DNA of 62,644 bases, filler included, from 5 parts of 5 records of this genome joined end to end with filler, not necessarily neighbours in it, one strand, 5' to 3'. Counted from the first letter of the whole stretch, positions 19,365 to 29,733 are shown. A program made the numbers and translations. The notes: generated by a model from the letters alone, not told the origin.

Positions 19365-19659
19365 ATTTTGGAATTGAATCGGTTCAAGTCAAGCGGAAAT
19401 GAAAAGAACGATGATGTTTTGCAATCGCGAATGGCGGCAGCATGACGGTTTTCGGGACTTTGGCGAGGAACGGAATGGTGCGGTGGGTGCGCTGCAAATC
19501 TGGATGATCCGGGGCGTTTGACCGGAGAATTTCGTTAAACGGCGTGCGTGCGGCAGGGAGTCGGTGCAAAGGGCAGCGAGATCGGGCGGTGAGGATCGGA
19601 GCGATGGTACCGACGGAGAAGCGGGTAGGTGGGCTGAAGGGGAACGAGCCACATGGCAT

Positions 19660-19689
19660 AAAAAACGCGCCGCATGGGGGATGCGGCGC
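19660..19689 (-). terminator. Intrinsic terminator of an upstream gene outside the contig
   Basis: GCGCCGCAT-5nt-ATGCGGCGC stem followed by a T-run on the minus strand. Confidence 0.75.
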
Positions 19690-19789
19690 NNNNNNNNNNN
19701 NNNNNNNNNNNNNNNNNNNNNNNNNNNNNNNNNTTAATTAATTAANNNNNNNNNNNNNNNNNNNNNNNNNNNNNNNNNNNNNNNNNNNN
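19690..19789. other. Artificial contig spacer
   Basis: N-run + TTAATTAATTAA + N-run. Confidence 0.98.
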
Positions 19790-19857
19790 AAGGCGCACGC
19801 CTGGAAAGCGTGTTGGGGTCCTGCCCCTCGAGGGTTCGAATCCCTCCGGCTCCGCCA
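19790..19857 (+). tRNA. tRNA-Ser(GGA), 5'-truncated
   Basis: Anticodon arm CACGC-CTGGAAA-GCGTG, long variable arm GGGG..CCCC, T arm GAGGG-TTCGAAT-CCCTC, ends GCCA. Confidence 0.92.
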
Positions 19858-19925
19858 TATATTCATAAAGCATCTGAGAAACACAACAATCCTATGCGCG
19901 CTTACTCCTGCTGAGGAGCCAGGGT

Positions 19926-21236
19926 TCAGCTCCGCCGCGCCCGATACACCCTGTATGACCAGAAGACTGCCATAGCCGTGATGACCAGCCAACCAAGCAG
20001 GATGGCTTTAATCATCTGCCCCATGCCTGCCAGGAAATCGAAGAGATCGACATTCCCTGTTCTCCAGAATGTCCACTCGCCAGCCAACTCGGTCGCCAAC
20101 AGGGTATTCCCGGTCTCAAGAATAACGATGCCATCTCCCGAGGCAGGGTCAAACCGTGCAGTCGTATTGATCGCGGGTTCGTTTTTACCGTCATGTCCGA
20201 CTATAAAATCACCCTTGTTGTTGGGGGCATACAGAACGGTTCCCAACCCCCATATGTCCGCGCCTGCTTGTGACGCATGAGGCTGACGCATCAACGCCAC
20301 GGTCTCGGGAGTGAGGACACCTCTCCCCGCAGAGCGATCATTCAGCGGGAAATGTGCGTTAATAAAAGTCACCATGTCCTGGGCGCTGGTATAAAGCGAT
20401 GTCGCGGCCAGCGATGTGAATTTATAGTGTGTGGCATAGCTGCCGTCCTGATCATATATCTCAGCAATATCCGATGCTGGCAGCCCGTCGGTAATATATG
20501 TCGACCTGGTCATTCCAAGCGGCTTGAAAACATGGTCTCGCATGTAGTCGTTGAACGACATGCCAGAGACCTCTTCGACGATAAGCTGGAGCAAGGTATA
20601 ACCGCCGCCGGAATATCTGTAGGCAACACCCGGCTGCATCCCTACTTTGACAACACCGGTTTTCCCCGGTGAGGCGTCCGACGCCTTTGTGAGCGATTCT
20701 TCCAGCGACTGCACCTCTCCGTTAGGCAGGAACCCACCATAGCCCAGGTCGTCCGTCAGGCCCGCCGTGTGGCTGAGCAATCTCCGCACCGTCACGCCGC
20801 TGTTATCATAATCACTGGGCGGGAGATGCCACCGCGTGAGATATCTGGATACAGGAGCATCCAGATCCAACAAACCCGCATCCACGAGGGACAAAACGCC
20901 CCAGGCTGATACCCACTTGCTCAAAGATGCGACTTGAAAAAGCGTATCTCTGTCGACGGCCCTGCCCACCGAGCTATAGTGCTCGTCATATATCTGGTTC
21001 TGCTTAATCAATACAAAGGCCGCATTGCCGTTGGAACGCTCACTGATCGCCCCAACGCCTGCGGCCCAAAAGCCCTTGATGTCTTCGTCTGCGGCGATCG
21101 GTGAACGCCACCAACCTTCGGTCGCGCCAACAGCGACTACACCCGCCCAAACCATGCCGCCAACGATTGCTGCCAGCAAAATACCCAGATATTTTTTCAC
21201 AATACTTATCCTCGGTGTTTTTCCATTTGCACTCAA
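19926..21236 (-). CDS. Serine hydrolase, beta-lactamase/PBP-like family, with N- and C-terminal TM segments
   Basis: SxxK (ASLSK), LLSHTAG, YSGGGY, GHDG; hydrophobic termini. Confidence 0.88.
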   Translation of the reverse strand: MSANGKTPRISIVKKYLGILLAAIVGGMVWAGVVAVGATEGWWRSPIAADEDIKGFWAAGVGAISERSNGNAAFVLIKQNQIYDEHYSSVGRAVDRDTLFQVASLSKWVSAWGVLSLVDAGLLDLDAPVSRYLTRWHLPPSDYDNSGVTVRRLLSHTAGLTDDLGYGGFLPNGEVQSLEESLTKASDASPGKTGVVKVGMQPGVAYRYSGGGYTLLQLIVEEVSGMSFNDYMRDHVFKPLGMTRSTYITDGLPASDIAEIYDQDGSYATHYKFTSLAATSLYTSAQDMVTFINAHFPLNDRSAGRGVLTPETVALMRQPHASQAGADIWGLGTVLYAPNNKGDFIVGHDGKNEPAINTTARFDPASGDGIVILETGNTLLATELAGEWTFWRTGNVDLFDFLAGMGQMIKAILLGWLVITAMAVFWSYRVYRARRS

Positions 21237-21280
21237 GTTCTATACGAGCCCCTGTTTTTCAACAATAATTGGCCCAAAGA

Positions 21281-21313
21281 TCGATAAACGGTGGTTTTGA
21301 TTCGTTAAGTGGT
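21281..21313 (-). promoter_or_regulatory. Candidate LytTR binding direct repeats (21-bp period)
   Basis: TCGATAAACGGT at 21281 and TCGTTAAGTGGT at 21302; minus-strand ACCGTTTAT fits [TA][AC][CA]GTTN[AG][TG]. Confidence 0.55.
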
Positions 21314-21342
21314 ATTAGAGGTACGGTAGGGAAACAAAGGCC

Positions 21343-22866
21343 GTGGGGGCATCAATGAAGTCTACACTCTGGATATGCACGCTCCTCTTCTGGCTTTTTT
21401 GCTCGGCGCCCGGTATTGCTGGCAACCAGATGATAGAAATTGGGTCACTGACCACCTGTGCCGCCCCAACAGAGATCGACCTGGATAGTATTTTTCAGAC
21501 CCCCGCCTGCCGGGAACAAGTCGTCAGGGATATTGACCTGGTCAACCAAAATGTTTGGGCAAGGACGCATCTCCAAATTAAGAAGACAAACGCAGCGTTG
21601 GGATTATTCATATCCGGAAGCGCTTCAACTGCGGTCTATTTGAATGGTGCGTTTATCGGCCAGAACGGCGAGCCGGGCAAAAACCGAGGGACAGAGATTC
21701 CCGGGAAGATGGACAGCGTTATCTATCTCCCACCGCACCTGCTGAAGGACGGCGAAAACAGCATCACGCTCCACCTTTCCAGCCACCATGGTTTTTTAGG
21801 TTTGCAGCGCCCCCTTCACCGGATCCACATCGGTCCCTATTCCTTGCCAACAGGCAACATATTGCGGCGCTATTTGCCCTCATTACTGAGCTTCGGGGTC
21901 TTCCTCGCAGGTAGCTTTTATTTTGGTGGGATGGCTTTGCGAAGCTTTGACAGGACCGGATCGTTATTGTTGAGCCTGATGTCCTTTTCCGCGCTGGGAC
22001 AGCTGAGTGCGGAGGTCTGGCGAGGTGTGAGCGCTTACGCCTACCCCGTACATGAAGTTCGTCTACTTCTTATCCTGTTTTTCGCCCTTGGCTTTGGCTT
22101 CTGTGTCACCGCTTACATTCACCACCGGTTGGGAAGGACCAAGTGGTGGAAACCGTGTGCTTTCATCGCTGTCATGACCATCGTTATCACCGCGGCCATG
22201 CCTGGGTATGACACCAAAACCATTACTGCCATTCTGGCGCCCACGCTTCTGAACGCAGGGTATCTACTGTGCCTGCTCATCGGCAAACGGCTAACCCACC
22301 CCAGTTATCTCGCCGCCCTACTACTTTTTTTTGCAGCTGTTTTCTTTTCCCCGACGGAATTTCTGGACGTGTCTTTCTACTATATTCTGGCGAGCCTGCT
22401 GTCGTTTCTCTTTATCCGGCAAGCCCGTTATTTTGCTGAAGAACGGCGACAGCGAATTGATGAGACCGCACGAGCACAACGCTTGGCGGATACACTGAAA
22501 AGAGCGCAAAAAGGCGCTGCAATGGACAACATCACCATTACCAACAAAGGCAAACTGGAGTTGGTCACAACCGAAGCTCTCGTCTACGGCAAGGGTGCCG
22601 GCGACTATGTAGAACTCCACTTCAAAGCCCAGAAAAACTATAAGCTATACAGTGGTTCCGTTGGTCAGCTTGAGCACAACCTGCCCCTGACCTTCGTGCG
22701 CGTACACCGCTCGTATATCGTCAATACTGCTTATGTAAAAGGGCTCGTATCCGTGGAAAAGGGCGGCGGCAAACTGGAACTGACCGGCAACATACAAGTT
22801 CCGGTCAGCCGCAGGATCATGCCAAAGGTGCGCGCCCTGCTGGAAAACAGCTCAGCAAAGGCCTAG
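21343..22866 (+). CDS. Membrane-anchored LytTR regulator (periplasmic jelly-roll-like domain, about 7 TM, C-terminal LytTR)
   Basis: Signal peptide, AVYLNGAFIG...LKDGENSITL, hydrophobic block, GAGDYVELH...FVRVHRSYIVN...VPVSR; no receiver domain. Confidence 0.8.
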   Translation: MGASMKSTLWICTLLFWLFCSAPGIAGNQMIEIGSLTTCAAPTEIDLDSIFQTPACREQVVRDIDLVNQNVWARTHLQIKKTNAALGLFISGSASTAVYLNGAFIGQNGEPGKNRGTEIPGKMDSVIYLPPHLLKDGENSITLHLSSHHGFLGLQRPLHRIHIGPYSLPTGNILRRYLPSLLSFGVFLAGSFYFGGMALRSFDRTGSLLLSLMSFSALGQLSAEVWRGVSAYAYPVHEVRLLLILFFALGFGFCVTAYIHHRLGRTKWWKPCAFIAVMTIVITAAMPGYDTKTITAILAPTLLNAGYLLCLLIGKRLTHPSYLAALLLFFAAVFFSPTEFLDVSFYYILASLLSFLFIRQARYFAEERRQRIDETARAQRLADTLKRAQKGAAMDNITITNKGKLELVTTEALVYGKGAGDYVELHFKAQKNYKLYSGSVGQLEHNLPLTFVRVHRSYIVNTAYVKGLVSVEKGGGKLELTGNIQVPVSRRIMPKVRALLENSSAKA

Positions 22867-23013
22867 GGCAGCGCCGCAGGAAAGCCCTAAGCGAAGTCCC
22901 CTAGGCAATATGCTAAATTTTTGATAGCAAACAGCCCGTAGCCAGCGGCGTATCGACATGGTTCCCACTCAGATATGCTCAGAAGAAAAGCCCGGTGAAA
23001 AAACCGGCAATCG

Positions 23014-25296
23014 CTAATTTGTGTAATAGTTGCTCTTGCCGCCGTAATAATAGCCTTGGTCACCATAGCCGTAACCACGATGCCGCTTCACATCAACCTG
23101 CGTAAGCACAGCGCCCGCGATCGGTACACCAGTTTGTTGCAGCTGCTTCACAGCGGTTTTAACGATGCCCTTGGCGGTCGATTCCCACTGCACAACAAAC
23201 ATGATGCTCTCGGCATATTTAGCGATGATCAATGCATCAGCAACTGCCATAACCGGCGGCGTATCGATCAGCACCAGATCATACTGTTTACGCGCTTCAC
23301 CAAGGAACTGATTAAACTCAGGGCCCGCGAAACGTTTCTGCGGGTTATCGTCACGTTCCGCCCACAACACATGAACGCCGGACGTTTCATCCTGATAGAT
23401 CGAACCACCGGATTTGGTGGCCTTGCCGTTCAGCACGCTGTTCAGGCTGACATATTTACCCTCGTCAAGGCCGAGCCGCTTCCGAAGAACCGGGCGTCTC
23501 AAGTCAGCCTCAACAACCAGGACCTTCAGCCCTGTGCGGCCAAGGATGTGCGCGAGACAAAGCGTAGCTGTTGACTTGCCTTCCCCCGGAATAGATGACG
23601 TAACAGCCAGCACCTTTGGTGTCGCACCGCCAGCGCCACTGAACATCAGGGACGCATGAATGCTGCGGTGCGCTTCCGCGAAAGACGAGGTTGGTTTAGA
23701 CACGATATATTTCTCGGGCCCCCCGCTTTGCAACACAGCTTTGCCCACAAGCGGGATCATGCCAAGTGGCCTGAGGTGCAGGTCTTGCCGAAGGATATCA
23801 GGGCTACGGTACCCGTTATCAAGCGCCTCCAGAAGGAAGGCAAGGCCGACACCAACGCCAACACCCGCAAACGCCACGAGCAGAAGGATCAGTTTCTTTT
23901 TAGGGAAGGATGCGATGGTGGGGATATCCGCTTCCGAAATGATACGGGCATCCGCCTGCTGCATACCGTCCTGGCTGGAGGTTTCCTTGAAGCGGGTCAG
24001 GAAGGTTTGAAGAAGCAGCCGGTTGGCTTCTGCTTCACGGTCCAGCTCTCGCATTTGCACTTGCGCGCGGCTGACGGTAAAGCTCTCTTGTTTAAGCCCA
24101 TCCATGTTCTGCTCAAGCGTGCGCACACGAATTTCTGCGACCTCAGCCTCACCGCGGATACCCGCGACGATCTTGTTGATCTCAAGCGTGATCTTGTTCT
24201 TGATGTCCGCAAGCTCGGCCTCCACATTCATCATGCGTGGGTGCTTGGGACCATAACGGGTGCCAAGTTCCGCACGGCGACGCCGCACTTCCGATTCCTG
24301 TTCCTTGAGGCGCTGGATCAGCGGCGACTGCACCACCTCCAAAAGCCCTGAATCCTCAATATCACCATCAACGACATTCTGCTCGATCTGGCGTTGACGC
24401 GCTTGAACACGAGCCAGATCTGTTCGCGCGGTAACAAGCTGTGTATTCAACTGAGCCAGCTGTTGCTCGTTCACAAGGCCGGCTGATTGGGTCTGAATAA
24501 GCTGGTTGTCCTCCCGGAAGCGTTGCGCGGCTTGCTCAGACTGCCGCACTTTCTCACGAAGCTCAAAAACCCGCTCGTTCAACCACTCGTTCGCACGCTG
24601 CGTGGCTTCAAACTTCACCTCCAGCTGGTCTGTCAGGTAAAGATTGGCAAGCGCGTTCGCGACACGTGCCGCTTTTTTTGGGTCAACCGATACAAATGAC
24701 ACCTGCAAAGTATATGATCGTGGCGGGTTACTCACCGCAAGACCGGTTGAGACATTATTGATAACCTTGGCGCGCACAGCGTGAGCGATTTCTTCCGGTG
24801 TGCGTGTATCCTCCTTGCGGCCTAGAATAGCGTCACTCCAGGCGTCAGGCAGGTAGCTAAAAGGATTGAGATAGGACAGCAGACTTTTTTTCTGATCCAG
24901 CTCGGGGTTGAACTCCGGATCCTGAACGAGCTTGAGATTATCAACCAACTTGCCAACAAGCCTGCGCGACATAAGCACATCGATCTCAGTCTTGATCGCC
25001 GCCTGGTCTGTACCAACACCAGACATCACGGCCTCAAGGTCAACGACACTGTTTTTACGTGTCTCGATCGCCAGCATTGCTTCAGCGGTGTAGCGCGGGG
25101 TCAGTTGGAAAACAACGATCGCTGAGAGAACAATAAGAAACACGGCCGTGTTAACAATCACCCATTTTCGCCGCCACAATACCAGCAGGAGCGCGCGAAT
25201 ATCGATCTCACTGTCATCCAGCGGGCTTTGCTGGTTCTGCGGCACCGTTGGCGTTCGGTGTTCTTGGTCTGAATAATGATTGTCGTACATGGTCAC
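23014..25296 (-). CDS. wzc: Polysaccharide co-polymerase/tyrosine autokinase (Wzc/GumC)
   Basis: Wzz-like N-terminus, YGPKHP, Walker A GEGKST, DLVLIDTPP, Tyr-rich tail YGYGDQGYYYG. Confidence 0.92.
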   Translation of the reverse strand: MTMYDNHYSDQEHRTPTVPQNQQSPLDDSEIDIRALLLVLWRRKWVIVNTAVFLIVLSAIVVFQLTPRYTAEAMLAIETRKNSVVDLEAVMSGVGTDQAAIKTEIDVLMSRRLVGKLVDNLKLVQDPEFNPELDQKKSLLSYLNPFSYLPDAWSDAILGRKEDTRTPEEIAHAVRAKVINNVSTGLAVSNPPRSYTLQVSFVSVDPKKAARVANALANLYLTDQLEVKFEATQRANEWLNERVFELREKVRQSEQAAQRFREDNQLIQTQSAGLVNEQQLAQLNTQLVTARTDLARVQARQRQIEQNVVDGDIEDSGLLEVVQSPLIQRLKEQESEVRRRRAELGTRYGPKHPRMMNVEAELADIKNKITLEINKIVAGIRGEAEVAEIRVRTLEQNMDGLKQESFTVSRAQVQMRELDREAEANRLLLQTFLTRFKETSSQDGMQQADARIISEADIPTIASFPKKKLILLLVAFAGVGVGVGLAFLLEALDNGYRSPDILRQDLHLRPLGMIPLVGKAVLQSGGPEKYIVSKPTSSFAEAHRSIHASLMFSGAGGATPKVLAVTSSIPGEGKSTATLCLAHILGRTGLKVLVVEADLRRPVLRKRLGLDEGKYVSLNSVLNGKATKSGGSIYQDETSGVHVLWAERDDNPQKRFAGPEFNQFLGEARKQYDLVLIDTPPVMAVADALIIAKYAESIMFVVQWESTAKGIVKTAVKQLQQTGVPIAGAVLTQVDVKRHRGYGYGDQGYYYGGKSNYYTN

Positions 25297-25347
25297 AACC
25301 TAAACATCACCGGTCGACTATGATAAGCCTCCGGCGACGGCCTGAAA

Positions 25348-25926
25348 TTAGAAGAAGCGTTCCGGTACGCGAATGATATCTCCGGGCAGTACCAGTGTGG
25401 TGTCTTCGACGGTGATTTTTGTCTCTACCCCATCAACCCGGCGGGTGATGACAATTTTTTTCTCGTTCGCCCGATAAGTGAACCCTGATGCAAGCGCAAT
25501 AGCGTTGAGAACTGTCATACTGTTCACATAGGGATAGCTGCCGGGCTTCTTCACTTCACCGAGAATATAAAACGGCCGATAGTTCAGCACCTCAATGCTG
25601 ACCCGCGGATTGACAAGATATCCATCCGCCAGCTTTGCGCTGATTAACTGTTCTGCAATCGCGAGATCGCGACCACCGATATTGACCGGTCCGATGAGCG
25701 GCAGAGCAACAATACCGGTGCCATCTAATTCAAATTCACCGGAAAGATCTTCTTCACCATAAACAATGACCCGGATCTTATCGCCAGAGCCAAGTTCATA
25801 CCGTTCCACGTCAAGCGCCGGCGGTGTCGCTGGGCTCGATTGCGCATAAACAGTTTGGGCGAGCCCCATAAGGCTCGCCACACATAAGATTATCAAAACG
25901 CGAATTGTCTGCATTACCTCAACCAA
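25348..25926 (-). CDS. Polysaccharide export protein (Wza-like, Poly_export + SLBB), short form
   Basis: YELGSGDKIRVIVYGEEDLSG, GEVKKPGSYPY, PGDIIRVPERFF. Confidence 0.9.
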   Translation of the reverse strand: MVEVMQTIRVLIILCVASLMGLAQTVYAQSSPATPPALDVERYELGSGDKIRVIVYGEEDLSGEFELDGTGIVALPLIGPVNIGGRDLAIAEQLISAKLADGYLVNPRVSIEVLNYRPFYILGEVKKPGSYPYVNSMTVLNAIALASGFTYRANEKKIVITRRVDGVETKITVEDTTLVLPGDIIRVPERFF

Positions 25927-25965
25927 TGATTACTAACTGAACGCTCTATTGATCGAGGAGTATAC

Positions 25966-27258
25966 TTACCATTGACCCTTGATACCAACCATAAACGAAT
26001 GACGCTCATAATCCTGGCCTTGCTGCGTCGTGCCGCGGTAGTCGTAACCATAACCCGCGTTCACATTAAAGTTCCGGCTAACCAGATATTTGAGGCCAAG
26101 TTTCGCACCCCAGATTTCGTCTTCACGCGTGGTAAGTTCGAAATTCTGGCGAGTATAGCTCACGTCCGCATTCAAAAGCAGGTTGCGGCGTAGTTCATGC
26201 TCAACCCGACCGGACACGAGCGTGGCAACGATACCGGAAGAATTGACAAAATTGCCGTTGCTATCGTTACCGCCAACTGTCGTCTCTTCGATCGACCGTT
26301 TCAGCGTGCCGCGGAATGATGTCAGGCCGGTCGCATTCCACAACAGGTCCGCGCCAAAGTTGATGCCGTCCGTGTTGTTGAGCGTATCCGAATCATAAGC
26401 GCGTTTCATGTACCCGACATAAAACTCGCCTTTTGCTTTACCGGTAAAATCGAAAGCAGCACCTGCAACAGCTTCGTAACCATCAGAGTTACGCTGTGGG
26501 CCACCATCTTCTTTCGAATTGTCATATTCGATGCGGTCCATGGAACCACGGACAAAAGCTTCGTAACCGTTGGCCATTTCATAACCAACACGCATTGTGC
26601 CTTTGCGACGATCACGGTCACGGTCATCATTGTTAAGAACACCACCGCCATTGAGCGCTACATCATCAAAATCACGCTTTACATACTCAGCGTCCACCGC
26701 GAATGACAGAATGGATACATCGCGCTTGAAGCCAACCGACGCCGTCATGACGGAAAGCTGGGTCTGCTCAGCAGCGTTACCAACAGCATCCGGTGAACCG
26801 CGATCCTCATGTTTCTGATCATAAGCCACGTTGCCGTGGAAATCAGTGCCGTAGGAAAGATCTTTCCGGCCATTGATGGCAAAACCATAATCTTCGTAGT
26901 TTTCGCCACCATTATCGAGGTAACGACCGATATCTGCTTTTGCAGAAACAGCGAGGTAGCTCGAGTTCCAGTCGGAAACGAGATTGAAATTAGGTTTCAC
27001 AACAGCGATGAAATCGTCTGTCACGTTGCTTTCTTGAGCATAAATGTTTGAGTTGTATTTACCTTCAACACCAACGGCTGGGTAAAACAGGAAGCTGCCA
27101 GAGCGAATGCCCGGCGCATCATAATCTGGCCGTGCACGGTCATAAACAGACTTCACTTCATCACCTTCCGCAGCGGCATCCTGCGCAAATGCTGCAGGCG
27201 CAAGTGCGGTGCTGCCAAGCAGCATGGTGGCCAAAATCATGGTCTTTTGATTTTTCAT
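25966..27258 (-). CDS. EPS-associated outer-membrane beta-barrel protein
   Basis: Signal peptide, RPDYDAPGIRSGSF, alternating beta-strands, terminal W; directly upstream of the short Wza. Confidence 0.8.
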   Translation of the reverse strand: MKNQKTMILATMLLGSTALAPAAFAQDAAAEGDEVKSVYDRARPDYDAPGIRSGSFLFYPAVGVEGKYNSNIYAQESNVTDDFIAVVKPNFNLVSDWNSSYLAVSAKADIGRYLDNGGENYEDYGFAINGRKDLSYGTDFHGNVAYDQKHEDRGSPDAVGNAAEQTQLSVMTASVGFKRDVSILSFAVDAEYVKRDFDDVALNGGGVLNNDDRDRDRRKGTMRVGYEMANGYEAFVRGSMDRIEYDNSKEDGGPQRNSDGYEAVAGAAFDFTGKAKGEFYVGYMKRAYDSDTLNNTDGINFGADLLWNATGLTSFRGTLKRSIEETTVGGNDSNGNFVNSSGIVATLVSGRVEHELRRNLLLNADVSYTRQNFELTTREDEIWGAKLGLKYLVSRNFNVNAGYGYDYRGTTQQGQDYERHSFMVGIKGQW

Positions 27259-27429
27259 CTATCTTACCCCAGTTTGTGGAGGATGCCGAAAATACACGGC
27301 ACAACGCTATCTTTGAAAACTTACGCTAATATACACAGATACTTATTGATTTCTTTACTTCATAAGAGCTTGGAAGTCCATGGTTTCAATAATATTTTAC
27401 CTTGTTGCGTGAACGCAACACTAAAATAT

Positions 27430-28203
27430 TTAGGTTGTAGCCAAAAACCGCACGTCGCCACCTTCAAGAACAGCAGCGGTTAAAACCCCGGTTGCAAACG
27501 CGCCAGTGTCCACCGCTATTCGGTTACCCGTATATTCAGGTTTTTTGACGCCTGTGTGACCATGAACAACACATACGCCGAAATTATGGCTGCTTGACGT
27601 GAATTCTTGCCGGATAGTTGTCATGTCGCGTGACCGCTGCGCCTTGAGCGGAACTCCGGGGCGCAGGCCCGCGTGCACAAAAAAATAGTCCCCCAGCCGC
27701 CAGCTTGTCTGCAGGTTCTTGAGGAACCTGACATGGTGGTCCGGCATTTTGTGAATAAGCAGGTCAGATGCCACGAGTATGTCACCTGCTACATCTTCCG
27801 ATTGTAGGTCAATCCCGTAACTCACCAGCGTCGATGGCCCGCCAACGCTGAGCCACAACTGAGCCTCAACCGGGTCTTCCATAAACTGCAGCATCAGTTC
27901 TTCGTGGTTCCCGCGCAGAAAAATGGGCGTTATGCCAGGCATCTCAAACGTGGCCAAATGCTCAATCACATCAAATGATTGAAAGCCCCGGTCAACATAA
28001 TCGCCAAGGAAAACCACATAGGTATCTTCAACACCCCAATGAGCGGTGCGATCTTCATCAATTTGTGCGAGCAGCGCCTGCAGCAGATCATAGCGCCCAT
28101 GAACATCACCAATGGCATAAACAAGTGCGCCATCCGGCAGGTTCCAGTTCATTGGCCCTTCGGGCTCGGGATCACTTTTCCAGATTTTCCGCCAGAATGT
28201 CAC
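27430..28203 (-). CDS. Metallophosphoesterase, PPP-type Ser/Thr phosphatase family
   Basis: GDVHG, GDYVDRG, GNHE, VHAG, VHGHT, DTGA. Confidence 0.92.
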   Translation of the reverse strand: MTFWRKIWKSDPEPEGPMNWNLPDGALVYAIGDVHGRYDLLQALLAQIDEDRTAHWGVEDTYVVFLGDYVDRGFQSFDVIEHLATFEMPGITPIFLRGNHEELMLQFMEDPVEAQLWLSVGGPSTLVSYGIDLQSEDVAGDILVASDLLIHKMPDHHVRFLKNLQTSWRLGDYFFVHAGLRPGVPLKAQRSRDMTTIRQEFTSSSHNFGVCVVHGHTGVKKPEYTGNRIAVDTGAFATGVLTAAVLEGGDVRFLATT

Positions 28204-28373
28204 GCAGGTTGGCTCCCAAACTTCGGTCGTTACAATGCTGCCAAGCTATAACAAATAAAAACCCGCACAACAAAAAAGGGCTGATATTGACGATCTGCTA
28301 TACTGCTGCCTCCAGCTTCATGCGAGTAAGACGATGCTTGTTTACTTTCCTGAAGTGAGCCTAAGGTAAGGGG

Positions 28374-29150
28374 ATGGAGGGTCAGTTTATGCGCGTACAA
28401 TCACACACAGCACTTGTAACCGGTGGAGGTTCAGGTATCGGCCTCGCAGTGGCTCGCTCGCTGGCGGATCACGGTTTCCGTGTGATCATTGCCGGGCGCT
28501 CGACGGCGCGGCTTGAAGAGGCGACGAGCACTCACAAAGACCTTCACACTCTCACCCTTGATGTGACTGATGAGAAAAATGTCGGCGACGCCTTTGAAGG
28601 CCTAGTCGAGCGGGACATGATGCCCGACGTGCTGATCAATAATGCAGGCGCTGCGATTACAGCACCCCTTGAGCGCACAAACCTGAAGGTGTGGCAGTCC
28701 ATGCTGGACGTTAACCTTACCGGCGCTTTTCTCTGTACACGCGCGGTATTGCCCCACATGAAAGCCCAACAGTTTGGCCGCATCATCACTATCGCCAGCA
28801 CCGCTGCGCTCAAGGGTTATGCCTATACGGCGGCCTATACAGCAGCAAAACATGGCATCCTGGGCATGACTCGCGCGCTGGCACTTGAGCTTTCCGGCAC
28901 CGGTGTTACAGCCAACGCTGTATGCCCCGGTTTTACAGATACGGATATTGTGCGCACCTCCGTTCAGAACATCGTGGAGAAAACCGGGCGCAGCGCTAAA
29001 GCAGCCCTGCACGAGTTAACCCAGCATAACCCGGAAGACCGACTTATCCGCCCGGACGAGGTCGCAGACACGGTGCTGTGGCTCGCTGGCGAAAAAGCCA
29101 GCGCCATCAATGGCCAGGCCATCGCTGTTGCCTGCGGCGAAGTGATGTAG
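28374..29150 (+). CDS. SDR family NAD(P)-dependent oxidoreductase
   Basis: TGGGSGIG, NNAG, YTAAK, CPGFTDT. Confidence 0.92.
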   Translation: MEGQFMRVQSHTALVTGGGSGIGLAVARSLADHGFRVIIAGRSTARLEEATSTHKDLHTLTLDVTDEKNVGDAFEGLVERDMMPDVLINNAGAAITAPLERTNLKVWQSMLDVNLTGAFLCTRAVLPHMKAQQFGRIITIASTAALKGYAYTAAYTAAKHGILGMTRALALELSGTGVTANAVCPGFTDTDIVRTSVQNIVEKTGRSAKAALHELTQHNPEDRLIRPDEVADTVLWLAGEKASAINGQAIAVACGEVM

Positions 29151-29209
29151 TCCTCACCAGAATCCTAAAACACGCTCTATCACTCTCCCCTCACACCCGC
29201 TTGAGTCCC

Positions 29210-29233
29210 ATTTAATTTAGTGCTAAAATAAAT
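29210..29233. promoter_or_regulatory. Candidate MarR operator
   Basis: ATTTAATTTAG-TG-CTAAAATAAAT palindrome (one mismatch) upstream of marR. Confidence 0.6.
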
Positions 29234-29271
29234 TTCTGATAGCCATTCAGGCAGCTATTCGAAGGGGCGAT

Positions 29272-29733
29272 ATGACGCATCATCCGGACATCAGCGAAGC
29301 GCAGCAGCGCGCGCTCAGAAGCTGGCTCAAGCTTCTCGGCAGCAGCAATGCGATCCGCAAGTCGCTGACCGCAAAAATGCAAGCTGCGCACGGTGTTTCC
29401 CTCTCCCGTTTTGATGTGCTTGCGAACCTTTACCGCGCTGCAGAAGGCGGGGTGCGGCTGTCAGAACTTTCCAAACAATTGATGGTCTCGAACGGCAACG
29501 TCACGCAGGTCATGGCACCGCTCCTGAAAGAAGGACTGGTTGACCGCAAGCCGTGCCCGAACGATGCGCGCGCCGCTGTCGCACGACTGACAAACAAGGG
29601 CGTTAAAACTTTTGAAGCCATGGCGACAGAGCATGCTTTGTGGGTCGAAGACCTGTTCGCAAGCCTGAGCGCCAGTGAGCAGCAAACCCTGCATGGCTTG
29701 CTTGAAAAGCTGACAACCGCAGACACAGAATAA
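29272..29733 (+). CDS. MarR family regulator
   Basis: [20 protein letters not shown]...LT.KG. Confidence 0.92.
   Translation: MTHHPDISEAQQRALRSWLKLLGSSNAIRKSLTAKMQAAHGVSLSRFDVLANLYRAAEGGVRLSELSKQLMVSNGNVTQVMAPLLKEGLVDRKPCPNDARAAVARLTNKGVKTFEAMATEHALWVEDLFASLSASEQQTLHGLLEKLTTADTE

Noticed and set aside
17946-19377. Long plus-strand ORFs (261 aa and 285 aa)
   Set aside because: Antisense shadows of the PLP enzyme and FadR genes in GC-rich DNA; no recognisable motifs.
19365-19660. G-rich intergenic stretch as an ncRNA or small CDS
   Set aside because: No convincing stem pattern, repeat or coding signal was found by eye.
19926-21236. A true beta-lactam resistance gene
   Set aside because: SxxK is present, but the other motifs (YSGGG, GHDG) and the TM anchors fit the broad serine hydrolase/peptidase family; activity cannot be assigned from sequence.
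19790-23013. Integrative element at tRNA-Ser
   Set aside because: No integrase and no duplicate of the tRNA 3' end were found downstream; only the adjacency is suggestive.
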